NCBI GenBank assembly: GCA_903846025.1
Contig: CAIMZP010000059.1
Coordinates: 15,916-79,915, forward strand
DNA: 64,000 bases
Source of the DNA: an uncultured beta proteobacterium
GTDB lineage: Bacteria; Pseudomonadota; Gammaproteobacteria; Burkholderiales; Burkholderiaceae
Direction: 5' to 3'
Shown: one piece after another, positions 39,304 through 50,870 of the stretch
How positions within the stretch are numbered: position 1 is the stretch's first letter
How the letters are laid out: every line of letters starts with the position of its first letter
Notes under the pieces: model-generated
Database searches by the model: none
Told to the model about the DNA's origin: nothing
The model's input: only the letters and a program-made list of their open reading frames with translations
Made by a program: the position numbers and the translations under genes

Positions 39304-40254
39304 TCAAGCAATTTCTTTCCAGGTTAAGGGCTCTGATTTTTTCCAAAATAGCCAAGATTTTTTGTACAAATCTTTTGCAGTCAAACAACGCCGTCGGATT
39401 TTTCCTTTTGGAAAGTCGATGATTTCTACTTCCAGTAGGCGTTTTTCTGCTAAGGCTTTGCTTAGGCTTTCCCAAAGGCTTACAGGGTCTATTACCCAGG
39501 CAAACCCATTATCTGCTTGGGTAAGGTCTACGGAGTTTTGATGGGGAATATTCAAGTATCGAGCTAGGCCAACAAGAAGAGGGTGTTCGCCATAAATACG
39601 ATTACTCTGTTTTAAGACTTCCGGCACACGCACATCTTCGAGCTTGCCAATGCCACTAATCCATAAGGAGTTAATGCTAGGTAGGCCACGTTGTTCACGC
39701 TCCTGATTACTTGAGTCAATATGCCAGAGCATCTGAATTTCATTTTGGAGCTTGCGCCAACGTTTGGCTAATCCTGCAGTTTGAGCATCGCGTGGCATCC
39801 ACCAGTCAATATTGCGACCGTGGGCTTGGTCAATAGAGTGGGTTGCTAGGCTTGAAAAAGGGCCTGCGGGAATGAACCAATCGTGCTGCCCCTGAAATAA
39901 GACGGCGTTTTGAAAATCTTCCTCAATATAAGGAAGGGCTACTTTGAGCAGGTGTGCGGATTGCTCTGAGCTCAGGTCAATTTGACTTTGAGACATTAAA
40001 ATTAAATGATCACGGGTAGCGTGAAGATGAACGGGCTGTAAGCAGGCAATTATTTCACTTGGCTCTAATGCTTGTTTAGATTGACCCAAGAGCAATATTG
40101 GGGCGATGGGCAGGCTTTCTCCTAAAAGAAAGCGCTCATGAGGCAAACCACTTGGGGGGCTGGATGTCCCGGCTTTATCGGCATCCATATCAAAAACATC
40201 TTCCCCTGAGAGCATTAGGGTGAAGCGTTTGGAGGGGGTAGAGTTCGCAGTCAT
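39304..40254 (-). CDS. Conserved hypothetical protein upstream of recJ (degenerate phosphoglycerate-mutase-like family)
   Basis: Motifs CLQPVHLHATRDHL, AHGRNIDWWMP, KLQNEIQMLWH, NSLWISG. ATG at 40254 follows the SD AGGGGA. Family assignment from recollection. Confidence 0.6.
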   Translation of the reverse strand: MTANSTPSKRFTLMLSGEDVFDMDADKAGTSSPPSGLPHERFLLGESLPIAPILLLGQSKQALEPSEIIACLQPVHLHATRDHLILMSQSQIDLSSEQSAHLLKVALPYIEEDFQNAVLFQGQHDWFIPAGPFSSLATHSIDQAHGRNIDWWMPRDAQTAGLAKRWRKLQNEIQMLWHIDSSNQEREQRGLPSINSLWISGIGKLEDVRVPEVLKQSNRIYGEHPLLVGLARYLNIPHQNSVDLTQADNGFAWVIDPVSLWESLSKALAEKRLLEVEIIDFPKGKIRRRCLTAKDLYKKSWLFWKKSEPLTWKEIA

Positions 40255-40321
40255 TCCCCTGATTTTAGGTGGCATTTAAGGAATCCATCAGTTTGTCTTC
40301 GCGATTGTCTAAACTGTAACT

Positions 40322-41584
40322 ATGTTAAGACTTCCTATTGAGCTAGAAATTGGCTTGCGTTACACCCGATCTAAGCGTCGTAAGGCTGTAGGTAAGCGTG
40401 ATGGCTTCCTCTCCTTTATTTCTGGGATCTCCACCGCTGGCATTGCCTTAGGGGTTGCCTCCCTAATTGTGGTGCTCTCGGTCATGAATGGCTTTCAGAA
40501 AGACGTGCGTGATCGTATGCTTTCTGTGCTGTCACATGTGGAAATTTCTGCCCCCGATGGTTTGGCCAATTGGGAGCCCCTTTCTCTCAAGGTTGCTGCA
40601 CAGCCCCATGTGATTGGTGTAGCCCCAATGGTGAGCTCGCAAGGTTTGCTGAGCCGTGAGAACGTAATGCGAGGCGTCACTATCCGAGGGGTGTTACCTA
40701 GTGAAGAGGGTAAAGTTTCCGACCTTCCCAAACAATTTGTAGCGGGTAGTATTGATGATCTCAAGCCGGGTGGCTTCGGAGTCGCTCTTGGTGCGCAGTT
40801 GGCTAATATGGTTGGTGCACGGGTGGGTGATCGCATTAATCTGATTGTTCCGGAAAGTGACCTCACTCCGGCAGGCGCTATGCCTAGAATGCGAACACTT
40901 CAGGTCGTGGGTATTGTCGATAGCGGCCATTATGAATTTGATAGTTCTTTAGCCATCATGCATTGGAGGGATGCCGCAGCTCTATTGCGCTTACAAGACC
41001 CTTCGGGCCTTCGTGTAAAAGTCGATGATATGCAGCGCGCCCCTGAGGTTGCTGCCGAGTTAGCGCAAGTGGTTCCACAAGGGCTCTGGGTGACGGATTG
41101 GTCTCGATCTAATCGCAATTGGTTCGCTGCCGTGCAGACTGAAAAGAAAATGATGTTCATTATCTTGACCCTAATTATTGCTGTCGCTGCTTTTAATTTA
41201 GTATCCACCTTGGTAATGACCGTCAATGAAAAGCAAGCAGATATTGCCATATTAAGAACTATGGGCGCTAGCCCAGGATTGATTCAAAGAATTTTTTTGG
41301 TGCAGGGTCTTGCCATTGGATTTCTGGGTTCTTTGGCTGGTGTGAGCTTGGGTTTATTAATTGCGCTCAATATCGATGTCATTGTGCCCACTATTGAAGC
41401 TATTTTTCGAGTACGCTTCTTGCCAAGAGATGTGTATTTTATAAGCGAACTTCCTTCGGATGTTCGCTTATCAGATGTTCTTACTGTAGGCTTAATGGCT
41501 TTTGGACTCTCTGTTTTAGCTACTTTATATCCCAGTCGTCGTGCAGCTCAAGTTCAACCTGCGGAGGCCTTGCGCTATGAGTGA
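40322..41584 (+). CDS. lolC: Lipoprotein-releasing ABC transporter permease (LolC/E family)
   Basis: [45 protein letters not shown]. Confidence 0.92.
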   Translation: MLRLPIELEIGLRYTRSKRRKAVGKRDGFLSFISGISTAGIALGVASLIVVLSVMNGFQKDVRDRMLSVLSHVEISAPDGLANWEPLSLKVAAQPHVIGVAPMVSSQGLLSRENVMRGVTIRGVLPSEEGKVSDLPKQFVAGSIDDLKPGGFGVALGAQLANMVGARVGDRINLIVPESDLTPAGAMPRMRTLQVVGIVDSGHYEFDSSLAIMHWRDAAALLRLQDPSGLRVKVDDMQRAPEVAAELAQVVPQGLWVTDWSRSNRNWFAAVQTEKKMMFIILTLIIAVAAFNLVSTLVMTVNEKQADIAILRTMGASPGLIQRIFLVQGLAIGFLGSLAGVSLGLLIALNIDVIVPTIEAIFRVRFLPRDVYFISELPSDVRLSDVLTVGLMAFGLSVLATLYPSRRAAQVQPAEALRYE

Positions 41585-42272
41585 CATAACAAATTTAGTT
41601 CTCAAGGCACAGGGTTTGACAAAGACTTATGGCAAAGGGCCAACCGCTGTTGAAGTTCTCAAGGGTATTGATCTTGAAGTGGCGCCTTCAGAGAAGGTAG
41701 CAATTGTTGGCTCATCGGGATCTGGCAAGAGCACTTTATTGCATTTATTGGGGGGCTTAGATACTCCTAGCGCTGGTTCAGTTCTTTTAGTTGGAGAAAA
41801 TCTCAATCATTTGCCGGTGGCAAAGTTAGATCAACTACGCAATCGCAGTCTAGGCTTTATTTATCAGTTTCACCATCTGCTAGATGAATTTAGCGCCGTT
41901 GAAAACGTGGCTTTGTTATTACGTATTCGAGGTTTAGATAATGACGAATCTATGGAGCGGGCTAGTAAGATTTTGCGCTCAGTAGGCTTGGCCAATCGTG
42001 AGCTTCATACTCCTGGGGAATTATCAGGGGGAGAGCGTCAACGGGTAGCCGTTGCACGCGCCCTAGTTGGTAACCCAGCCTGCGTCTTGGCAGATGAGCC
42101 TACTGGTAATCTGGATACTGAAACTGCTGACGGTGTTTTTAATCTAATGCTTGATGTTGCTCGCGAGCAAGGCACCGCCTTTATTATCGTAACCCATGAT
42201 CCAGTCCGCGCTAAACGTTGTGATCGTATTTTGCATTTAGAGCGTGGAGTGCTAAAGACTTTTGCTCAATGA
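41577..42272 (+). CDS. lolD: Lipoprotein-releasing ABC transporter ATPase
   Basis: [41 protein letters not shown] at 41577. Confidence 0.95.
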   Translation: MSDITNLVLKAQGLTKTYGKGPTAVEVLKGIDLEVAPSEKVAIVGSSGSGKSTLLHLLGGLDTPSAGSVLLVGENLNHLPVAKLDQLRNRSLGFIYQFHHLLDEFSAVENVALLLRIRGLDNDESMERASKILRSVGLANRELHTPGELSGGERQRVAVARALVGNPACVLADEPTGNLDTETADGVFNLMLDVAREQGTAFIIVTHDPVRAKRCDRILHLERGVLKTFAQ

Positions 42273-43120
42273 GTGAAAATTTCTCATGGGTAGATACCCA
42301 TTGCCACTTAGACGCGCCAGAATTTGCAGGCACGCTACCGCAAATCGTTGCTAATTCAGTGGAGCAGGGTGTAAAAGCTATTCTTTTGCCAGCCGTGAAG
42401 GTATCTGATTGTGAGCACGTTAGAACACTTGCCAATCTTTATGGTAAAAAAATTCCCGGCCTGGTGTACACACTTGGCATACATCCTTTATTTATCAATG
42501 AAGTAAAAGAGGGTGATATTGCTACGCTAAAAAACCAGATAGAAAAATCTTTAATTGATCCACGTTTTGTTGGGATTGGTGAGATTGGTTTAGATTATTT
42601 TGTTGAAGGTTTAGATCATCAAAAGCAAGAGCAATTTTTTCATGCTCAATTAGACCTGGCAGATGAATTTCAGTTACCGGTTGTTCTGCATGTCAGACGC
42701 TCGCAAGATGCAATTCTCAAAGCCTTGCGACGTCGCAAGGTGCCTGGCGGGATAGCCCATGCATTTAACGGTAGCTTTCAGCAGGCTGAGCAATTTATTG
42801 AACTCGGTTTTAAGCTGGGGTTTGGCGGTGCCGCTACATATGACCGCGCCCTACAAATCCGCCGTCTTTTAAACGAGTTGCCCATTGAAAGCATTGTTAC
42901 TGAAACCGATGCGCCAGATATTCCGCCAGCTTGGTTGAAGGAAGTGGGTACTAAGTTAAATGAGCCCGCCTTTCTCCCTAGAATCACTAGGCAATTGGCC
43001 TCTATACGTGGCATAGATGAAGCTGTATTTTTATCTGCAGTGTGGCGTAATGCCATGGAGGCACTTCCTCGTTGGTCAGCTTTAACAACCAATCTTTTTC
43101 AAACTCCAAAAGGCTTATAA
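42269..43120 (+). CDS. tatD: TatD family metal-dependent nuclease
   Basis: DTHCHLD, GIHP, GEIGLD, LHVR, HAF, TETDAP. Confidence 0.92.
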   Translation: MSENFSWVDTHCHLDAPEFAGTLPQIVANSVEQGVKAILLPAVKVSDCEHVRTLANLYGKKIPGLVYTLGIHPLFINEVKEGDIATLKNQIEKSLIDPRFVGIGEIGLDYFVEGLDHQKQEQFFHAQLDLADEFQLPVVLHVRRSQDAILKALRRRKVPGGIAHAFNGSFQQAEQFIELGFKLGFGGAATYDRALQIRRLLNELPIESIVTETDAPDIPPAWLKEVGTKLNEPAFLPRITRQLASIRGIDEAVFLSAVWRNAMEALPRWSALTTNLFQTPKGL

Positions 43121-43163
43121 GCGCTTTCGCTTCGACTGTCATCTGAAACCCATAACTTTTGGG

Positions 43164-43565
43164 TTATGACGTTTTTTTTACTCGTTTTACAGTCATTGGG
43201 CAGGTAGATCTAAACATCTCAGTTTTTACAAAAATGGGTCCATTGGTCGATTGATCAATGCCAATAATGACTGATACTTCGCTTAGGGAATAATCGCCCG
43301 TGTTGTAGGTTAACTGAAGTTTTTCTCTTTGAGAGTTACTGAGAGCCACCTCTTTATAGCAGTTGAAAGAATTTCCTTGAAGAGAGCAATTTCTACCCTT
43401 CATTTCACCGCTATTAATTTCATAACTTCTTTGCGCATTACTCACAGTCGTTACTGAGTTAACTACCTGCACCAATTGACCATTACACCTTAATGAATAA
43501 GAGGTTTCGCTATCGTTTGTGCAGGCACTGAGTAAAAATATGCATAGCAGCAGCAGTTTGTTCAT
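43164..43565 (-). CDS. Hypothetical lipoprotein
   Basis: MNKLLLLCIFLLSA-C lipobox (ATG at 43565) and four further Cys. Confidence 0.65.
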   Translation of the reverse strand: MNKLLLLCIFLLSACTNDSETSYSLRCNGQLVQVVNSVTTVSNAQRSYEINSGEMKGRNCSLQGNSFNCYKEVALSNSQREKLQLTYNTGDYSLSEVSVIIGIDQSTNGPIFVKTEMFRSTCPMTVKRVKKTS

Positions 43566-43676
43566 GTAGGCCTTCATTCCACTGGATTAATTACCATCTG
43601 ATCACTATTTTTACATCCCCATAGTATCTGAAATGAGTGCTATAAAAGTGGTAAGAATGCTTCTCTACCGCAAATA

Positions 43677-43702
43677 GAAAAGGGATACGAAAGTATCCCT
43701 TT
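43677..43702 (-). terminator. Terminator downstream of tRNA-fMet
   Basis: AAAGGGATAC-(4 nt)-GTATCCCTTT stem; the minus strand continues TTTTCTATTT. Confidence 0.75.
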
Positions 43703-43719
43703 GTTCTATAAAGCATATT

Positions 43720-43796
<77 letters not shown>

Positions 43797-43808
43797 TCTG
43801 TGTCTAAC

Positions 43809-43838
43809 ATTCTAGCATTTTTTTGACCCATCTGTCGA
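43809..43838 (-). promoter_or_regulatory. Sigma70 promoter of tRNA-fMet
   Basis: Minus strand TCGACA-N18-TAGAAT with extended -10 TG, 12 nt upstream of the tRNA. Confidence 0.6.
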
Positions 43839-43951
43839 GATATCCTTTGAAATAAATCAAAATAGGGGGTTTGAAAGGGGGAAAAGGAGCGCTAAGGCAG
43901 TCTGTATAGGGAGTAATATATTGCCACGCAACATTGAGATAGGGACTATTT

Positions 43952-45895
43952 ATGTCTGTTAGTAATCCGGAATTTTCAGAATCCTCGCTATTAAGACCAG
44001 TTGAGATATCTCGACAAGAGCAAGTGCATAAAAAAGGAGCGTCCCTTTCACTCATGTTGGCCGCCATTGGTGTGGTGTTTGGTGACATCGGAACGAGTCC
44101 TTTATATGCGCTTAAGGAGTGCTTTAGCCCTGATCACGGCATTCCATTTTCAACAGATGCTGTTTATGGAGTGATCTCCATGGTCTTTTGGGCGTTCTCG
44201 ATTGTGGTCTCATTGAAGTATGTTTTGTTCGTTATGCGCGCCAATAACCATGGTGAGGGTGGAATATTGGCCTTAATGGCCCTAGCTTTGCGCACCGCGC
44301 CAAACGGCTCAAAGAGAGCTTTGTTAATCATCATGGCAGGTGTCTTTGGTGCGTGCATGTTTTATGGCGATGCGATTATTACCCCCGCTATCTCAGTGCT
44401 ATCAGCAGTAGAGGGTATGGAAGTAATTTCTAGTGATTTCACTCGCTTTGTCATTCCAGTAACTATTTTTATTTTAGCAATTCTGTTTTTTATTCAAAAA
44501 AGAGGCACCGCAGTCGTAGGTAACCTTTTCGGACCTGTAATGCTAGTTTGGTTTGCGGTAATTGGTTTAATGGGCTTGAATCAGGTCGCACAACATCCCG
44601 CTATTTTTGCGGCTGTTAACCCTTTATATGCGATTCAATTTTTAGATCAACATGCGCTTCAAGGATTTATTGTGCTTGGGGCGGTCTTTTTAGTGTTAAC
44701 TGGAGCTGAAGCGCTTTACGCGGACATGGGTCACTTCGGTGTTAAACCTATTCGAATGGGTTGGTTTTTTATTGTGATGCCTTGCCTTATCTTGAACTAC
44801 TTTGGGCAAGGTGCGATGTTTTTAAATAATCCAGAGACTATTGCCAACCCTTTCTTTTTAATGGTCCCTGAGGCTTTTGTATTTCCTCTAGTAATTCTGG
44901 CAACGGTCGCTACAGTCATTGCTTCTCAGGCAGTCATTTCCGGCGCATTTTCCATGACAAGCCAGGCTATATTGTTGGGCTTTCTGCCGCGCATGAAAAT
45001 CCGCCACACTTCCGACAGGGAGATTGGCCAAATCTACATGCCTTTGGTCAATTGGACCTTGCTAGTCTTAGTGGTGGCTGTAGTTCTCGCTTTTAAGAAG
45101 TCCGAAAATTTAGCCGCTGCTTACGGTATTGCAGTGACCACCACAATGATTGCAACGACATTCCTAGCGGCCATTGTGATGCGAGTTGTTTGGAAGTGGA
45201 GTGCGGTATTGGTTAGCATTGTGATTGGCGCATTCTTAATTGTTGATTTTGCCTTCTTAGCCGCCAATTTATTAAAAATAATGGAGGGCGGTTGGTTCCC
45301 CTTGCTTTTAGGGGCGGTCTGTTTCTTGTTCTTGATGACTTGGTATCAAGGGCGGCATTTACTTCGTCAACGGGCGGTGGATGAGGGTATTGAGTTAAAG
45401 GGCTTTATTGACGCTTTGATGATCAATCCTCCGCATCGAGTGGAAGGTACGGCAATCTTCCTAACGGCTCATGTTGATTATTTGCCAGTTTCTTTTTTGC
45501 ATAACTTAAAACATAACCATGTTCTCCATGAAAGAGTGTTTTTCTTAAAGGTAAGTATTTGGGATGTACCTTATGTAAAAGAAGAAGAGCGTATTACTTT
45601 GCGAGATTTGGGAAATAATATTTTTATCGTAAGAGCTGTATATGGTTTCAATGAAACTCCAGATATGGGTAATATCATTGAGTTAATTGAAAAATCGTCA
45701 GGTCTCAAGTTTAATTTGATGGAAACTTCATTCTTTCTATCGCGAGACACTATTGTGTCCACGGAAATTCCAGGAATGGCTTTATGGCGCGAACGATTAT
45801 TCTCTTGGATGTATCAAAATGCCGCTCGCCAATCAGATTTCTTTAGGATTCCCGCAAACCGTTTGGTGGAACTTGGTGCAAAGGTGGAGATTTGA
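43952..45895 (+). CDS. kup: Potassium uptake protein Kup
   Basis: [64 protein letters not shown]. Confidence 0.96.
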   Translation: MSVSNPEFSESSLLRPVEISRQEQVHKKGASLSLMLAAIGVVFGDIGTSPLYALKECFSPDHGIPFSTDAVYGVISMVFWAFSIVVSLKYVLFVMRANNHGEGGILALMALALRTAPNGSKRALLIIMAGVFGACMFYGDAIITPAISVLSAVEGMEVISSDFTRFVIPVTIFILAILFFIQKRGTAVVGNLFGPVMLVWFAVIGLMGLNQVAQHPAIFAAVNPLYAIQFLDQHALQGFIVLGAVFLVLTGAEALYADMGHFGVKPIRMGWFFIVMPCLILNYFGQGAMFLNNPETIANPFFLMVPEAFVFPLVILATVATVIASQAVISGAFSMTSQAILLGFLPRMKIRHTSDREIGQIYMPLVNWTLLVLVVAVVLAFKKSENLAAAYGIAVTTTMIATTFLAAIVMRVVWKWSAVLVSIVIGAFLIVDFAFLAANLLKIMEGGWFPLLLGAVCFLFLMTWYQGRHLLRQRAVDEGIELKGFIDALMINPPHRVEGTAIFLTAHVDYLPVSFLHNLKHNHVLHERVFFLKVSIWDVPYVKEEERITLRDLGNNIFIVRAVYGFNETPDMGNIIELIEKSSGLKFNLMETSFFLSRDTIVSTEIPGMALWRERLFSWMYQNAARQSDFFRIPANRLVELGAKVEI

Positions 45896-46401
45896 GCAGG
45901 TTTTTTTCTACGCGGGTACTTCTGGCGCTGTGGGGATTTTTGCTGATTGGCCCATGGGCCAATCCTGTCTTTGCTACACCCGCTGAAGAGGCGGAGTTGG
46001 CGCAATTAGATAAGATCGATCAAGAGCTTGAATTGCAACGCGATTGGGCAAAGTATCGCTGGGAAAAAACTTCTGCTGAGTGCTATCAACAGTACTGGGT
46101 TAATCGTTGTTTAAGTAACTCGCGTGCTGAGTATCGCAAAGAAATTGATTCTATTCGCCAGCAAGAAGTCGAGCTCCATGAAGTGCAACGCAAACTTCGC
46201 GCGAGCCTAAAAGATCAGCGTGATGCGAAGAAAATTGCCGAACGCGCGTCCCCAGAAAAAGCAATAGAGCGTGCAGCCAACCAAAAAGAATACGAAGAAA
46301 AGCAAAAGGATGCGGCCGCTCGTGCAGCTGATCTTGAGCAGCGTCGTAAGGATGCCCCTAAACGCGCGCAAGAAAATAAAGCGGGCACTCAGCTCGACTA
46401 A
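45892..46401 (+). CDS. Hypothetical exported coiled-coil protein
   Basis: TTG start overlapping the kup stop, signal peptide, [11 protein letters not shown] Cys pair, long charged helix. Confidence 0.7.
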   Translation: MSRFFSTRVLLALWGFLLIGPWANPVFATPAEEAELAQLDKIDQELELQRDWAKYRWEKTSAECYQQYWVNRCLSNSRAEYRKEIDSIRQQEVELHEVQRKLRASLKDQRDAKKIAERASPEKAIERAANQKEYEEKQKDAAARAADLEQRRKDAPKRAQENKAGTQLD

Positions 46402-46407
46402 TCTCCA

Positions 46408-47772
46408 TTGGCAAAAGTTAAATCAATCTATACCTGCCAGTCCTGCGGTGGAACTTCGGCTAAATGGCAAGGCCAGTGCCCATCCTGTCAGGCGTGGAAT
46501 ACGATGGAAGAAGGCTTGTCTGAGGTTGGCTCTAACACGCGTTTCCAGGGCCTAGCTCAGTCGTTGCCGAGACAAAAACTATCCGCTATTACTGCAGAAG
46601 ATCTTCCTCGCTTTAGTACTGGAGTTGAGGAGTTCGATCGCGTACTGGGTGGTGGTTTAGTTCCTGGTGGGGTTGTACTTTTGGGTGGGGATCCTGGCAT
46701 TGGTAAATCCACATTACTTTTGCAAGCCTCTGCAGAAATGAGTTTTGCCGGCATGAGCGTGCTTTATAGTAGTGGCGAAGAATCTGCATCGCAAATTGCA
46801 TTAAGGGCAAAAAGAATAGCCTTAAATGCTCCTCAATTAGAGGTGCTTGCAGAAATTCAGTTAGAAAAACTGCTATCCATTATGGATACCGTCAAGCCTC
46901 AAGTATTAATAGTGGACTCGATTCAGACACTGTATTCAGACGCTTTAAGTTCGGCTCCAGGTTCTGTGGCTCAAGTTAGAGAATGTACAGCACAGCTTAC
47001 TAGAGCAGCTAAATCAAGTGGTATCTGCGTGTTGTTGGTGGGGCATGTAACCAAGGATGGTCAATTAGCTGGTCCAAGGGTACTTGAGCATATTGTGGAT
47101 ACCGTTTTGTATTTTGAAGGTGATACTCATTCTTCTTTCCGCCTGGTGCGCTCAATTAAGAATCGCTTTGGCGCTGTAAATGAATTAGGTGTTTTTGCCA
47201 TGACGGAAAAAGGCTTACGTGGTGTCGCCAATCCATCAGCCATCTTTTTATCTCAACATGCAGAAATGGTCCCGGGAGCTTGTGTGCTGGTAACTCAAGA
47301 GGGCAGTCGCCCGCTTTTAGTGGAAATACAAGCATTAGTAGATACAGCGCATATCCCTAACCCCAGAAGGTTGGCGGTAGGGCTAGAGCAGCATCGTCTT
47401 GCTATGCTCTTAGCGGTATTACATCGACATGCAGGAGTGGCTTGCTTTGATCAAGATGTATTTTTAAATGCAGTTGGTGGCGTAAAGATTTCGGAGCCAG
47501 CTGCTGACTTAGCGGTATTGCTAGCGATTCAGTCTTCGATACGCAACAAGGCATTACCAAAAGAACTGATTGTTTTTGGAGAGGTAGGCTTGGCCGGAGA
47601 GATTCGGCCGTGCCCACGCGGTCAGGAGCGATTAAAAGAGGCCGCTAAGCTGGGTTTTACTATCGCTATTATTCCTAAGGCCAATATGCCAAAGAGCAAG
47701 ATCCCAGGATTAAGGGTTATACCAGTTGAGCGCATTGATCAGGCCATACAAGCTGCCGCAGAATTAGGCTAG
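46408..47772 (+). CDS. radA: DNA repair protein RadA/Sms
   Basis: CQSC...CPSC zinc finger, GDPGIGKST, KNRFG, GEVGLAGEIR. Confidence 0.97.
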   Translation: MAKVKSIYTCQSCGGTSAKWQGQCPSCQAWNTMEEGLSEVGSNTRFQGLAQSLPRQKLSAITAEDLPRFSTGVEEFDRVLGGGLVPGGVVLLGGDPGIGKSTLLLQASAEMSFAGMSVLYSSGEESASQIALRAKRIALNAPQLEVLAEIQLEKLLSIMDTVKPQVLIVDSIQTLYSDALSSAPGSVAQVRECTAQLTRAAKSSGICVLLVGHVTKDGQLAGPRVLEHIVDTVLYFEGDTHSSFRLVRSIKNRFGAVNELGVFAMTEKGLRGVANPSAIFLSQHAEMVPGACVLVTQEGSRPLLVEIQALVDTAHIPNPRRLAVGLEQHRLAMLLAVLHRHAGVACFDQDVFLNAVGGVKISEPAADLAVLLAIQSSIRNKALPKELIVFGEVGLAGEIRPCPRGQERLKEAAKLGFTIAIIPKANMPKSKIPGLRVIPVERIDQAIQAAAELG

Positions 47773-47781
47773 AGCCTTGAT

Positions 47782-48708
47782 TTAGTGCAAGTCTTCCGCT
47801 TGAATTAAAAGCACTTGTTGGTCGCCAGCAGACACCTCCATCCAGATGGCAGGAATTTGAGGAAAAGCTTTTTTAAAGTGCTCATATTCATTGCCAATCT
47901 CAATCAAAATAGCCCCACGCTCTGAAAGATAGTCTGGAGCGGCAGAGATAATTTTGCGAATTAGATCCATGCCGTCATCGCCCCCCGCTAGGGCTAAGGC
48001 AGGCTCCGCATGATATTCGGCCGGAAGCGCACTCATGGAGTCGGCATTGACATAAGGGGGGTTGCAAATAATGAGATCAAAGCGATTGTCATCATTAGGC
48101 TCGGGAAGGGCATCCCACAAGTCACCATTAAATAACTCTACCTGTGAGCTAAGACTATGACGATCTAAATTTCGAGATGCCAAGGCAAGGGCCGGTAGGC
48201 TAATGTCACAGGCGCTCACATGAATATCTGGGCAGGATAAGGCGAGCAAGATAGCTAAAGAGCCATTGCCTGTACAGAGATCCAGGGCCTTACCGTCAGC
48301 GGGTAACCACGGCTCAAGAGAGCCATCCACAATCAATTCTGCAATCCAAGACCGCGGCACGATACTTTGTTCGCTACTATAAAACGGCACGCCCATTAAC
48401 CAAGCTTCACCTAAGATATAAGCCAAAGGCTTACGAGTGCCAATACGAATGTTGGCAAGCGCTATGGCATTTTCGTATCGCTCGGTGCTCATAGGTTCAT
48501 CTAAAGATTCAAGAGCATCAGCCGGGCTGAGATTCATTTGTTTACTACAGATCCATAGCGCCTCGCTTCGGGCATCAATAGCACCATGACCATAATGCAA
48601 ATTAGCGGTAGCTAGTTTTTGTGCAAGTTGTTCAATGCACTGTTCTAAGATGAGATTTTTTGGGTCTTGAGGCTCTGGGACCATGAATTTTTCGTGCTTG
48701 CTAATCAA
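47782..48708 (-). CDS. prmB: 50S ribosomal protein L3 N(5)-glutamine methyltransferase
   Basis: [41 protein letters not shown]. Confidence 0.93.
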   Translation of the reverse strand: MISKHEKFMVPEPQDPKNLILEQCIEQLAQKLATANLHYGHGAIDARSEALWICSKQMNLSPADALESLDEPMSTERYENAIALANIRIGTRKPLAYILGEAWLMGVPFYSSEQSIVPRSWIAELIVDGSLEPWLPADGKALDLCTGNGSLAILLALSCPDIHVSACDISLPALALASRNLDRHSLSSQVELFNGDLWDALPEPNDDNRFDLIICNPPYVNADSMSALPAEYHAEPALALAGGDDGMDLIRKIISAAPDYLSERGAILIEIGNEYEHFKKAFPQIPAIWMEVSAGDQQVLLIQAEDLH

Positions 48709-49856
48709 GAAACTAATTGTTCGAGAGTCTTGCGATAAATATTCTTCAGTGGCTCTACGTCATCGACAATCACGGACTCATTGATCTTATGGCTGGTGGC
48801 ATTTAATGGGCCAAACTCCACCACTTCTTTGCAGATTTTGGCGATAAAGCGACCATCACTAGTGCCGCCTGTGGTCGAGAGCTTTGTATCTATGGCAGTC
48901 TCTGTTTTAATGGAGTTACGTAGGGCATCAGCAAGAGCGCCATCCCCAGTAATAAATGGACTACCGCCTAAAACCCAATCAATCTCAAAGTTGAGGTTGG
49001 CGCTGGTAAGAATCTGCTCAAGGCGAGCGCGCAATTCTTCTGGTTTGCTTTCGGTTGAGAAGCGGAAGTTGAAGTCGATCGTGAGCTCGCCTGGAATAAT
49101 ATTGTTAGCTCCAGTACCGGCATGAATATTAGAAATCTGAAAGCTGGTTGGCTGGAAATAATGGTTACCCTTATCCCACTCGGTCTGAACAAGCGCCTCA
49201 ATAGCAGATGCCGACAAGTGAATGGGGTTGGCGCCTAGGTGGGGATAGGCAATGTGTGCCTGAACCCCTTTTATCTTTAGTTTTCCAGACAGGGATCCAC
49301 GTCTGCCGTTTTTAATCATGTCGCCTAACTGGTCAACGGACGTAGGCTCGCCGATAACGCAATAATCAAGGCGCTGCCCCTGCTTTTGCAAGCGCTCACA
49401 CATGATGACGGTTCCATCATCAGCTGGACCCTCTTCATCGCTTGTAATTAAAAAAGCAATTGTGCCCGCATGATCTGGATGGGTAACAACAAATTCTTCA
49501 GCAGCAACTACAAATGCGGCTAGGGAGGTTTTCATATCGGCAGCGCCTCGACCGTATAAATAGCCGTCACGAATAGTTGGAGTAAAGGGGTCGCTAGCCC
49601 ATTTCTCTAGAGGACCCGTAGGGACTACATCGGTATGACCAGCAAACATGAGAACCTTGCCTTGATCGCCAGCGAGCCCTTTTTTGATAGCCCAAAGATT
49701 GGTGACCTGGAAATTATCTGGACCGCTAACAACACTCTCAGTATGAAAACCCATTGCCTGCAATCTTTTGGCAATGAGCTCTTGACATCCGCCATCCGCA
49801 GGAGTCACCGAGCGGCAGGCAATGAGAGCTTCAGTCAGGTCAAGGGTCGCACTCAT
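48705..49856 (-). CDS. dapE: Succinyl-diaminopimelate desuccinylase
   Basis: [40 protein letters not shown]. Confidence 0.96.
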   Translation of the reverse strand: MSATLDLTEALIACRSVTPADGGCQELIAKRLQAMGFHTESVVSGPDNFQVTNLWAIKKGLAGDQGKVLMFAGHTDVVPTGPLEKWASDPFTPTIRDGYLYGRGAADMKTSLAAFVVAAEEFVVTHPDHAGTIAFLITSDEEGPADDGTVIMCERLQKQGQRLDYCVIGEPTSVDQLGDMIKNGRRGSLSGKLKIKGVQAHIAYPHLGANPIHLSASAIEALVQTEWDKGNHYFQPTSFQISNIHAGTGANNIIPGELTIDFNFRFSTESKPEELRARLEQILTSANLNFEIDWVLGGSPFITGDGALADALRNSIKTETAIDTKLSTTGGTSDGRFIAKICKEVVEFGPLNATSHKINESVIVDDVEPLKNIYRKTLEQLVS

Positions 49857-49868
49857 ATTTAATTTTTC

Positions 49869-50696
49869 TTAGTCGCGCAGGAGTTCGTTGATAGCAGTTT
49901 TCGCTCTTGTCTTAGCATCTACTTTTTTCACAATAATGGCTGCGTAGAGACTGTACTTGCCACAAGCAGATGGTAGGGAGCCTGGAACTACTACTGAGCC
50001 AGCGGGAACGCGGCCGTAATGTACTTCGCCCGTTTCACGATCGTAAATTTTGGTGCTTTGACCAATATAGACACCCATGGAGAGTACGGCATTTTCTTCA
50101 ATAATTACACCTTCAACTACCTCAGAGCGAGCGCCAATAAAGCAGTTATCTTCAATAATGACTGGGCCAGCCTGAATTGGTTCCAAAACTCCACCAATGC
50201 CTACTCCACCTGAAAGGTGTACATTTTTGCCAATTTGGGCGCATGAACCGACTGTCGCCCAAGTATCGACCATGGAGCCTTCGCCAACATAGGCGCCAAT
50301 ATTGACATAGGATGGCATCAGAACGACATTCTTGCCGATAAAGGAGCCACGACGAGCCATTGCAGGGGGAACTACTCTGAAGCCACCCCTAGCAAAGTCC
50401 TCTGCCGTATAGTTTTCAAATTTGCTAGGCACCTTGTCGTAAAACTGGGTATACCCACCAGCCGCCATGGGTTTGTTGTCCTCTAGACGAAAAGACAGCA
50501 AAACCGCCTTCTTAACCCATTGGTTTACTTCCCATTTGCCAACGCTAAGGCGTTCTGCTACGCGAATTTCCCCTGAATTTAGACCTTCTAGGACTAAATT
50601 AACGGCATTTCGGATTTCCGTAGAAACGGACTCAGGGGACAAGTTAGCGCGGTTTTCCCAGGCTTGTTCGATGATGCTTTGTGGTGATTGGCTCAT
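49869..50696 (-). CDS. dapD: Tetrahydrodipicolinate N-succinyltransferase
   Basis: [44 protein letters not shown]. Confidence 0.97.
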   Translation of the reverse strand: MSQSPQSIIEQAWENRANLSPESVSTEIRNAVNLVLEGLNSGEIRVAERLSVGKWEVNQWVKKAVLLSFRLEDNKPMAAGGYTQFYDKVPSKFENYTAEDFARGGFRVVPPAMARRGSFIGKNVVLMPSYVNIGAYVGEGSMVDTWATVGSCAQIGKNVHLSGGVGIGGVLEPIQAGPVIIEDNCFIGARSEVVEGVIIEENAVLSMGVYIGQSTKIYDRETGEVHYGRVPAGSVVVPGSLPSACGKYSLYAAIIVKKVDAKTRAKTAINELLRD

Positions 50697-50753
50697 ACTT
50701 TTTAGTTAACTATCAGATTGTTAAGGGGTTTTGACCCTGGATGTAGATTTATC

Positions 50754-50805
50754 ATTATATCGATGGGGCAAAAACCCGTGCAAAGCATCCTAAGCTTGCT
50801 ATCAT
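50754..50805. promoter_or_regulatory. Overlapping divergent sigma70 promoters for dapD (minus) and smc (plus)
   Basis: Minus strand: TTGCAC (50783-50778)-N18-TATAAT (50759-50754). Plus strand: extended -10 TGcTATCAT (50797-50805). Confidence 0.5.
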
Positions 50806-50870
50806 CTTCCCACTTTAGTTTTAATTTTTACCCAATTATTTGAACCCCTTTTTTCCCTGCAAAGTACGCC

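Noticed and set aside
43860-43900. G-rich tract upstream of kup as a possible c-di-AMP (ydaO) riboswitch
   Set aside because: No complementary C-rich arms or ydaO consensus; that riboswitch is not expected in this lineage.
43804-44088. 94-aa minus-strand ORF upstream of the tRNA
   Set aside because: Overlaps the kup 5' end and the tRNA promoter; no motifs.
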